IMG/VR virus record: IMGVR_UViG_3300011429_000001
Location: 79,962 to 100,629 of that record
Strand: one strand, 5' to 3'
Length of the DNA: 20,668 nt
Source: a virus
Each line of letters starts with the position of its first letter. Position 1 is the first letter of the stretch. The position numbers and the translations under genes were made by a program. Below, piece after piece: positions 1-6,602 of the stretch. Below the pieces are notes generated by a model that saw only the letters and a program-made list of their open reading frames with translations, was not told the DNA's origin and ran no database searches.

Positions 1-323
1 GCGACCCACCACGCGCGGTCGACGTTCGAGTAGCGGAAGATCTCGTCGCCGCGGACCAACGCGCGGCCGTCCGCCGATGGTTCGAGACCGAACTGCAAGA
101 AGAGCACGCCGCTGTGCCAACCGGCGCGCCTGATGTTCTTCGAGTCGACTGGCGCGAGGAGGACGAGGCGCCCGAGCTCCGCGTCGAGGACGACCTTGAA
201 CTCGCCGACGCGGAGGACGCGCATCCGGCAGAGGTCGCAGAGCCCGTTCGACTGAACTGGTGAGGGTTCGCCCTCGCCGCACAGGGCGCAAGGCGGAGTC
301 GGTCTATAATCGGTCTCGGCCAT
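1..323 (-). CDS. Zn-finger (CxxC...CxxC) plus KTSC-domain protein, 3' end beyond window
   Basis: Not in ORF track. ATG at 323 with AGGAG upstream; manual translation MAETDYRPTPPCALCGE...GLCDLCRMR...PVDSKNIRRAGWHSGVLFLQFG...EIFRYSNVDRAWW matches the KTSC pattern V-S-S-x-I-x-x-x-G-Y/W...L-x-V/L-x-F...Y-x-Y-x-x-V. Confidence 0.7.
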   Translation of the reverse strand, partial: MAETDYRPTPPCALCGEGEPSPVQSNGLCDLCRMRVLRVGEFKVVLDAELGRLVLLAPVDSKNIRRAGWHSGVLFLQFGLEPSADGRALVRGDEIFRYSNVDRAWWV

Positions 324-354
324 CGTGTTCCCGCTCCTGTCGGGACGCGTGCTA

Positions 355-385
355 GAGGCCGCGCGGCTGGTTCCCGCGCGGCCTC
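355..385. terminator. Perfect 12-bp GC hairpin with 7-nt loop (terminator or leader element)
   Basis: gaggccgcgcgg (355-366), loop ctggttc, ccgcgcggcctc (374-385), lying in the 324-404 gap; only a weak T-tract follows on the + strand. Confidence 0.5.
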
Positions 386-404
386 ATCTCGTTTCCGAAT
401 CCGC

Positions 405-725
405 CTACAACTCGCCGCCGCGCTCGCGCAGGAGCTCGTCGAGGACCGCGCTCCGGCTCCGGCCGGTGCGCTGCATCCGCGCGACGAGGATCTGGCCGCC
501 GAGCGGCGAGAGCTTCACGGGTAACTCCGCATCCTCGTCCGTCTCGACCGCGCGCGCGACGATCGAGAGTGTCCGCCGGACGTCGAGTCGCTGACGCGCA
601 GTCTCCCCGTCGCGCCCTTTGGCGTGGCGGCGGTTGCGGATGTAGGACGCCCACGCTCCCTTGCAGCGTCGGCAGCGGCAGCCCGAGGCGTAGCGCGCCC
701 GCGTGCCGTGCTGGTGTCGAACCAT
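405..725 (-). CDS. Putative DNA-binding protein: HGT..Y..GCRC..C Zn-binding motif plus C-terminal ribbon-helix-helix-like segment
   Basis: HGTRARYASGCRCRRC motif common in phage proteins; C-terminal LPVKLSPLGGQILVARMQRTGRSRSAVLDELLRE resembles the CopG/RHH pattern. Confidence 0.6.
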   Translation of the reverse strand: MVRHQHGTRARYASGCRCRRCKGAWASYIRNRRHAKGRDGETARQRLDVRRTLSIVARAVETDEDAELPVKLSPLGGQILVARMQRTGRSRSAVLDELLRERGGEL

Positions 726-764
726 TCGGCGAGTATACGAGACGAGCTCGTCCGATGTAAACCC

Positions 765-1265
765 TCACGGCTTCCGCGCCTTCGCCGCGGCGACCATCGC
801 GTCGTTCTTACATTCGTGGCAGGTGACGTTACTGAGGTGCCTCGTGTTCTTCGAGTCGACGACGTGGCCGCATTCGAGCGTGAGCTCGAAGCCGATCGTC
901 GGCTCAGCCTTCAATGACATGTCCTTCACGGCCTTCCGCGACGAGACCGCGCGGAGGAACGGGCGCCGCTCCTTCTCGCGCGCCTTCTTGTCGATCTCGG
1001 CCTGCTCGCGTCGTTTGATATCTTCGAGCGTCCGGACGAGTCGCTGCTCCGCGTGATGGTAGTTCCAGAGCGCGGTAAATAATGCGATCTCCACGCCGCA
1101 CTTCTTGCAGTAGGCGCGCTGCGTCGTCTCGTCTAACCGAACGCCGTAGTGCAAGTGGAGGCAACCGCCGCCGCTCTTCGACTCCGAGAAGTACGGCTCG
1201 TTCAGCGTCGGGTCGAGCCGCGCCTTGATCGTCGAGAGCGTCGCCGCCGATACCTTCTTCGTCAC
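765..1265 (-). CDS. Hypothetical protein with two Zn-binding modules separated by a coiled coil
   Basis: CxH...CKKC, then a charged helix, then LECGH...CHEC; GTGA overlap with the upstream gene. Confidence 0.75.
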   Translation of the reverse strand: MTKKVSAATLSTIKARLDPTLNEPYFSESKSGGGCLHLHYGVRLDETTQRAYCKKCGVEIALFTALWNYHHAEQRLVRTLEDIKRREQAEIDKKAREKERRPFLRAVSSRKAVKDMSLKAEPTIGFELTLECGHVVDSKNTRHLSNVTCHECKNDAMVAAAKARKP

Positions 1266-1612
1266 GGTTCCTCGACGATCTCGACCGACCCGATCGATAC
1301 GCCGGGCGGAACGCGGACGAGGCCGGGCCGCGTCGAGAGCGCGACGCCGAGCGCGCCGAGCGCGCCGCTGGCTTCCTCCGCCGAGACGCCGAGTTGCGAG
1401 AACGCGCCCTGCAGTTGTGCGCCGAGCTTCTGGATGCGGCGCTCGGTCGACATATCGCCGGAGAGGCGCTCACACGTGTCTCTCCATTGCACGTAGCCGT
1501 CTTCGGTGAACTCGCGCCCTTCGTCGACGCAGACCGAGAGGTAGGCGTCGCGCGGGAACGGGTCGTGGAATTTAATCTCGGCGTTCAACGTAATTAGGTC
1601 AGATGATGCCAT
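1262..1612 (-). CDS. Hypothetical protein (116 aa)
   Basis: Protein-like composition; stop overlaps the next start (GTGA). Confidence 0.7.
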   Translation of the reverse strand: MASSDLITLNAEIKFHDPFPRDAYLSVCVDEGREFTEDGYVQWRDTCERLSGDMSTERRIQKLGAQLQGAFSQLGVSAEEASGALGALGVALSTRPGLVRVPPGVSIGSVEIVEEP

Positions 1613-1640
1613 GGCGTTGACTATGTTCTATCTCTCAAGA

Positions 1641-2018
1641 CCGGGACTTCTTCTCCCCGATACTCTAAGAGGCGACGGTCTCGCGCCTCCGTATCAAGGG
1701 CCACAGTAACCCCGATCTTTACACGACAAGATCGGGTCGGGGAGGAAAAAGTCCCGGCGGAATCCGTTCCCCTATTTTTTTGCGGCGTCGTTTCGCGGTG
1801 ACGCCAAGCGGTCGGCAGTTGAAGCCTCCGACGTGCATACGGACGCTCGCGAACTGCGAGAGCTCCGGCTCGGGTCTATCGCCCTAAAAGAAACGGGAAG
1901 CCCAAGATGTTGTAGTCGAGATCGGAAAACGGACGAGCCGTAGTATTATCGAGGCCTGTCCGCGCCGATGCCTATCACATCGAGTGCGAGCGCCGAGGAG
2001 CGACCAACTCCTCGGCGC
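1641..2018 (-). ncRNA. Candidate structured RNA or regulatory leader (multi-hairpin intergenic region)
   Basis: ~20-bp stem 1641-1660/1737-1757; 9-bp stem 1711-1719/1728-1736; stem 1669-1674/1684-1689; further hairpins near 1784-1860 and 1962-1987; 11-bp stem 1990-2000/2008-2018; no credible ORF. Confidence 0.45.
1900..1915. promoter_or_regulatory. NrdR-box-like pseudo-palindromic operator (copy 1)
   Basis: gcCCAAGATGTTGTAg fits the core C-w-A-n-A-T-n-T-w-G; a 13-bp identical inverted copy lies at 19396-19408. Confidence 0.4.
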
Positions 2019-2082
2019 GAATCGTTACCCTACTACACCTCGACCGAGCTCCTAGAAAAATCTTTCGTTAATCGCTTAACGC

Positions 2083-2547
2083 CTAGAACGCGCGCGGCTT
2101 GTAGTGGTCGGTGACCTTCAGCGTTCGGCGGAGCTCCTGGTAGCTCTCGTCCTGTTGCTCCTTTACGACCCAGAGCGTACGCGCTATCGCGGTCCCGTGA
2201 TCCATGTGCGTATCGAAGAGGCCGCAGCCTATCGGCTTCACCGAATGAATCGTACAGCGGTCGTCGTCGCCGAGGAAGACGCACCGCTTCTTGCGCCGGT
2301 CGTAGAGCGGTACGATCGTACGTACGCGGAACGTCCGATTGGTCTCGCTGTCGTGAACGAGCGCGCCGTCGCTGCTGCGGAACTTCTCGACGAACTCGGC
2401 GTTGGTGAGGTGCGGGAGGTAGGCGCGGATGCGCTCGAAGTCGCCCGGGCCGAGCGCGCCTGGTTGATCCTTACAACACTTCACGCATTCGGCGCACGAA
2501 CATTCGGTCGGCCGCGGTCCGCCGATTACGATCCCTTCCTGCTTCAT
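2083..2547 (-). CDS. YkgJ/UPF0153-family cysteine-cluster (putative Fe-S/Zn) protein
   Basis: CSCAECVKCC ... RCVFL...RCTIHSVKPIGCGLF signature. Confidence 0.85.
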   Translation of the reverse strand: MKQEGIVIGGPRPTECSCAECVKCCKDQPGALGPGDFERIRAYLPHLTNAEFVEKFRSSDGALVHDSETNRTFRVRTIVPLYDRRKKRCVFLGDDDRCTIHSVKPIGCGLFDTHMDHGTAIARTLWVVKEQQDESYQELRRTLKVTDHYKPRAF

Positions 2548-2822
2548 ATATCCTCCGTCGAATGTCCCGAGAGACGAAGAGCCGAGAGCCAGACGCGATC
2601 GGCTTCGACCTTCATCCTATAGGCGGCTTGAATGCGAGGGTGCGCGTGCTCCTCGACCGTGACGCTGTATCGAGACTTCCGCGTCAGTTCGTGAATCGTA
2701 TCGCGGTAGTTGTCGTCGGCGCGCATCGCCGCTAGGTAGAGCGGATAGAGCGGGAGGCGCACCGAGACGTCTCCGGAGACCTGCCGCCGACGGCGTCGGT
2801 TAGAGTCGCTATCGGTAGTCAT
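2544..2822 (-). CDS. Hypothetical protein (92 aa)
   Basis: ATGA overlaps at both ends. Confidence 0.65.
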   Translation of the reverse strand: MTTDSDSNRRRRRQVSGDVSVRLPLYPLYLAAMRADDNYRDTIHELTRKSRYSVTVEEHAHPRIQAAYRMKVEADRVWLSALRLSGHSTEDI

Positions 2823-4096
2823 CGTCTACTGAACCTCCGGCGACGCGCCCAGAAGGCCGCGCGCTTCGCCTTCTTCGCCGCGACCGGGTCGAGCTCCGCG
2901 ATCTCGGCGGTCGCGCCGTCGCGCTCGTTGAAGTAGATATTCGTGAGCGGCCGGTCGTCGCTGCAGACGGTCCACTCACGACCCTTCGCGCCGCCCGGGC
3001 GAATCCACAGATCCTCGACGTGTCCGAACTGGCGAACGAGGCCGACCATGTCGACGATCGTCGCGAAGAGTTTCGACGGATGCGGGCGGACCGCGCGACC
3101 TACCCACTGGTAGTAGCGCGCGAGTGAGACCGACGGGCATCCGAGGATTACGCAGTCGAGCTCCGGGAAGTCGAAGCCGATCGAGAGGACGTTCACGTTC
3201 GCGACGCCGCGCAGCTTGCCGCTCCGGAGGTCGCGGACGATCGCGTCGCGCTCCGAGTCCTTCGTATCGCCGGTGACGTAGGCGAAGTTCTCGAACTGCG
3301 CGGCGACCCTGCGCGCCTCGTCGACGAACCGCGTGAAGACGACGATATGCTTCCGGCCCTCGTCCATCTGCTGCTGGACGCGCTCGCAGAGTTGCCCGAC
3401 GAAGCCGACCTCGTCGAACTCCAACTGCACGCTCGCGTCCGTGTAGTCGGTACCCTTCGAGTTCAGCTTGAGCTTCTCGCGCCGGATCGGTACGCGGTCG
3501 TCGACGTAGCGGAGCGGTGACCAGTAGCCATCCTTTACGAGCCGGTCGATCTGCGTGACGTGAACGACGTCGTTAAAGAGCCGCGGCGTCGTCCGCGTCA
3601 GGAACCGGAGCTGCGCGCCCTGACTGTTCGTCGCGAGCCGGTACGGCGTCGCGGTGAAGCCGAGGACACGGACGCCCTTCGGCAGCGCCTCAAGGAAGTC
3701 GGTATATTGGCCGCCCTTCGGATTCACCGCTTGATGGCACTCGTCGATTAAGACGTAGCGAACGTGCTGGAAGGCCTCCGGCTCGGCGACGACCGAGCCG
3801 ATCGTCGCCAGCGTGATCGGTCCGCGCTCGCGGCGTCCGAAGCTCGCCGAGAAGATGGCCGCTGGATAGCCGTAGTGCGCGAGCTTAATCGCGTTCTGCT
3901 GTAGGATCTCCTTCGACGGCTGGAAGATGACCGACGGTTCTTTGAGGCGCGTCGCGATGCTCGCGATTAGTAAGCTCTTCCCGCCGCCGGTCGGCGCGAC
4001 AATGATGCCGTTCTTCCCTTTGCGTTTCTTATCGAGGAGATACTCGACGCCAGCGTCGGTGCCTTCCTCCTGATAGTCGCGTAGCGTATAGATCAC
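2819..4096 (-). CDS. SF2 DExH-box helicase (SSL2/ResIII/RadD-like)
   Basis: Q motif LRDYQ, Walker A APTGGGKS, DECH, motif III TAT, motif V GFDFP, motif VI QWVGRAVR; strong AAGGAG SD before GTG. Confidence 0.95.
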   Translation of the reverse strand: MIYTLRDYQEEGTDAGVEYLLDKKRKGKNGIIVAPTGGGKSLLIASIATRLKEPSVIFQPSKEILQQNAIKLAHYGYPAAIFSASFGRRERGPITLATIGSVVAEPEAFQHVRYVLIDECHQAVNPKGGQYTDFLEALPKGVRVLGFTATPYRLATNSQGAQLRFLTRTTPRLFNDVVHVTQIDRLVKDGYWSPLRYVDDRVPIRREKLKLNSKGTDYTDASVQLEFDEVGFVGQLCERVQQQMDEGRKHIVVFTRFVDEARRVAAQFENFAYVTGDTKDSERDAIVRDLRSGKLRGVANVNVLSIGFDFPELDCVILGCPSVSLARYYQWVGRAVRPHPSKLFATIVDMVGLVRQFGHVEDLWIRPGGAKGREWTVCSDDRPLTNIYFNERDGATAEIAELDPVAAKKAKRAAFWARRRRFSRR

Positions 4097-4108
4097 TGCT
4101 GCTCCTTT
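4092..4108 (+). repeat. 17-bp direct repeat, copy 1 (atcactgctgctccttt)
   Basis: Identical to 6572-6588; covers the SD and start codon of the helicase. Confidence 0.85.
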
Positions 4109-4359
4109 TCTACCTGCTCCGCGCTACGCCGTAACCGATCGCGTACCTTCGCTGCCTGCGGCGTCGGGAATAGTAGCGCCGGGACGCGCTTCCATAACTG
4201 GACGCCGACCCATATCGAGAGCGTTAACGGAGATAATACCCATAAGCCGAACGCCTGTTTTGGAGGAAGCCCGTCTTCGCTATCGTCGTCGCGCTGTAGC
4301 TTTCGGATGAACGGGACCATCGCCAAATAGAAGACGACCAACGCGACGACGATCCTCAT
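4093..4359 (-). CDS. Small membrane protein (two hydrophobic segments)
   Basis: MRIVVALVVFYLAMVPFI and AFGLWVLSPLTLSIWVGVQLW; coupled overlaps at both ends. Confidence 0.75.
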   Translation of the reverse strand: MRIVVALVVFYLAMVPFIRKLQRDDDSEDGLPPKQAFGLWVLSPLTLSIWVGVQLWKRVPALLFPTPQAAKVRDRLRRSAEQVEKEQQ

Positions 4360-4553
4360 CGCTCCTCCTTATGCGTCGTCAACGTAACGCTCCAGCATAG
4401 CAACATCGCTTCGAGTACGACCTGCGGCGACTCCGATCCGCAGGCGTCGCACATTAGGACGAAGTCCGGGAGGTCGGCCGGGCTCAGGAACGCGGTCGAG
4501 AGCGCGAAGCCAAACTGGTTTAAGTGTTGGTCGAACCGAACGTGCCACTTCAC
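4356..4553 (-). CDS. Hypothetical protein (65 aa, CxxC)
   Basis: Start moved to GTG 4553 (GTGA overlap with the upstream stop); MKWHVRFDQ...CDACG. Confidence 0.6.
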   Translation of the reverse strand: MKWHVRFDQHLNQFGFALSTAFLSPADLPDFVLMCDACGSESPQVVLEAMLLCWSVTLTTHKEER

Positions 4554-5272
4554 AGGCCACGCTCCGCGTCTGCGCGCGCCCACGTATCCTGCGGGACGTA
4601 CCCAGTATGCCCGGCGAGCGCGAGGGCCTGGCAGATCGCCCACGCGTCGCGGCCCATTACAACGTAGGGAAGGTTCGCGAGCCAGAAGAGTTGCCGGTCG
4701 GTCGGTTTATGCGGGAGGCCGAGCCGTAGCTTGACCGCCAGCGGGAGTCGGAGGTGGAACGTCTTCTCGCCCGTTTGATACTCCGGCATCGGCCGCTGCG
4801 TCGCCGACCGAAGCTGGTCGCCGCCCTCGTCGTAGGGCCACTTCGGCCGAACGAACTCGCCGCAGCTCGGCGCCTCGTCGTCCGGATCGTGGGCGTCCTC
4901 GGTGTAGCCGCATTCCTCGCACTCGGTCTCGGCCGTAACGATTACCGGCGAGCCGACGAAGATGTATGGCTCCTTCGCCTCGAATACCCACCGCGTCGGA
5001 TCGACGATAAGGCCGGGCCGCTCGGCGTGCGGGCCGCGCTCCTCGACGACGATCCACCCGTGACGTTGAAAGGGCACGCGGGTCCGTTCGTAGAAGGGCG
5101 ACTTCGGATGGACGTCGCCGATCCAGTGTCCGTACGCCGGACGGCCCTTTAGGAGCTTCGCGCGGAGTATCGCGCACGCGACCGCGTAGCACTGGCCGCT
5201 CCAGTCCTTAACCGGTACGCCGATCGCGTTCTCGACGTCAGCGACCGTTAGCTTCTCTACGAATAATCTCAT
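4550..5272 (-). CDS. Transglutaminase-like/papain-fold protein with a Zn-binding insert
   Basis: Start moved to ATG 5272 (GAGGAG 7 nt upstream); GQCYAVA ... HGWIV ... IVDPT (Cys-His-Asp order), then CEEC-x6-H-x8-C. Confidence 0.6.
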   Translation of the reverse strand: MRLFVEKLTVADVENAIGVPVKDWSGQCYAVACAILRAKLLKGRPAYGHWIGDVHPKSPFYERTRVPFQRHGWIVVEERGPHAERPGLIVDPTRWVFEAKEPYIFVGSPVIVTAETECEECGYTEDAHDPDDEAPSCGEFVRPKWPYDEGGDQLRSATQRPMPEYQTGEKTFHLRLPLAVKLRLGLPHKPTDRQLFWLANLPYVVMGRDAWAICQALALAGHTGYVPQDTWARADAERGL

Positions 5273-5576
5273 CGACAAACTCCTCGTTAGTGATGCCGTC
5301 GCATTGCATATCGATCTGCCGCTCGCCGCGTTGCCACGGTCGTAGCATCCGCGAATCGTGGACCAGCGAGAGGTGAACCTGTTTGATAACCGCGACCGGG
5401 AGGCCGAACGCGTCGTAGAGGACACTGCCGACTTCTCGCATCGGATCCGGTCGCCGACCTCGAAGGCGTCGGCCGACGACTTGGATCGCGCGAAGGCGCC
5501 GGAGGATCGCCGAGCGTTCCTGCGGCGAGAGGACCGCGAGCATCCGCGCGAACGTCTCGACGTCGTCCTCGGTCAT
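5238..5576 (-). CDS. Hypothetical protein (112 aa)
   Basis: ATGA-coupled start, GGAGGA SD. Confidence 0.65.
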   Translation of the reverse strand: MTEDDVETFARMLAVLSPQERSAILRRLRAIQVVGRRLRGRRPDPMREVGSVLYDAFGLPVAVIKQVHLSLVHDSRMLRPWQRGERQIDMQCDGITNEEFVDEIIRREANGR

Positions 5577-5764
5577 GGCTTCCTCCGGTTCCGTTCGAGC
5601 GCCTCGATCATCTTCTTTACGTCATCTAATACCGAGCGACCGGCCGGTGTAGTTGCGTCCCACGGGACGATCGACCGAGTTAACCGACGCTGGACTCGCC
5701 GTAGGCGCGACTTCTTCTTGCGTCGCCGCGACGCGCCCTTCTGCTTTCGAGCCGGGAGGCTCAA
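5573..5764 (-). CDS. Small basic hypothetical protein (63 aa)
   Basis: Fills the gap exactly with 4-nt overlaps at both ends; K/R-rich N-terminus. Confidence 0.55.
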   Translation of the reverse strand: MSLPARKQKGASRRRKKKSRLRRVQRRLTRSIVPWDATTPAGRSVLDDVKKMIEALERNRRKP

Positions 5765-6576
5765 CGTCGGCGTCGCTCCGGAAGTTTAGCTTCTACAGTC
5801 GCGCCGTCAGGGATCGGGAACGCTTCGCGCGAGGCCGCTCGAAGCAATTTAAGAGGAGTCCCATCTAAGAACGAAAGGAGAGCGTGCTCTGTCTTCCAGT
5901 ATATTTCGACGCGCACGTCGATAGCCTTCGCCGACAAACGAGAGGCGAAGTCTCGTAGTAGAAGCGGCGCCTTGTCGCGCGGCTCCCTAACTTCTCCGGT
6001 AGCGAGAATTCTACAAAAATTCTCGACTCCGGCTCGGTCCGGGTGGTAATACGCTCGCGCGATCGGAGCTTGTACATGCGCGCGACGGATCCCGCTTCGC
6101 GACGGAACTGCCTGGAGCGCGAAACATATGGCTGCGTAATGCCTATCTACAACACGTTCTAACTCTGATCGAGAGACCGCCGTCTTATCGCTAGGGCCTC
6201 TCAGTATTACCTTCGCAATCGCCGCGTGTGCATTGCTTACCATTCGCTGGTTGTGCTTGAGGTTATAGGAGTCAGCGAAAGTTCTCAAAAGACCGCTATC
6301 CATCTGCAGCATATCGTCCTGCGCGTAGCCGGTCGCAAGGAATGCCTGTATCGTTACGCCGCTCTCTACGACCGCCCAGAGCCGGTGCTGTCCGTTAATG
6401 AGTCCGCCGTTGATGTCGATACAGATCGCCGACTCGCTAACTGTCCATCGTCCTTCCTTCATATCCCGAGCATAGGTATCGACCGTGCTCTGGACAATCC
6501 GACGGTTACGTTTGTTCTTCTCTAAAAGTGACGACGCCTTCGCTGGGTTAATTTTGACGAGTTTAATTTCAATCAC
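5761..6576 (-). CDS. ParB/Srx N-terminal-like domain protein (NGQHRL), phage type
   Basis: Start moved to GTG 6576 after AAAGGAG; INPAKASSLLEKNKRNRR...YARDMKEGRW...GGLINGQHRLWAVVESG...MDSG.RT; visibly lower GC. Confidence 0.8.
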   Translation of the reverse strand: MIEIKLVKINPAKASSLLEKNKRNRRIVQSTVDTYARDMKEGRWTVSESAICIDINGGLINGQHRLWAVVESGVTIQAFLATGYAQDDMLQMDSGLLRTFADSYNLKHNQRMVSNAHAAIAKVILRGPSDKTAVSRSELERVVDRHYAAICFALQAVPSRSGIRRAHVQAPIARAYYHPDRAGVENFCRILATGEVREPRDKAPLLLRDFASRLSAKAIDVRVEIYWKTEHALLSFLDGTPLKLLRAASREAFPIPDGATVEAKLPERRRR

Positions 6577-6588
6577 TGCTGCTCCTTT
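6572..6588 (+). repeat. 17-bp direct repeat, copy 2 (atcactgctgctccttt)
   Basis: Identical to 4092-4108; covers the SD and start codon of the ParB-like gene. Confidence 0.85.
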
Positions 6589-6602
6589 GTCTAGTTTTGC
6601 GA

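Noticed and set aside
1613-2082. tRNA, CRISPR array or minus-strand intrinsic terminator in the gap
   Set aside because: No cloverleaf with a T-loop consensus, no repeat-spacer periodicity, and no hairpin followed by a U-tract on the sense strand.
4093-4359. Holin
   Set aside because: Two hydrophobic segments but no endolysin nearby, and the context is early/replication genes.
5761-6576. Plasmid-prophage partition system or Dnd phosphorothioation gene
   Set aside because: No parA, parS array or other dnd genes in the window; only the N-terminal ParB-like motif is present.
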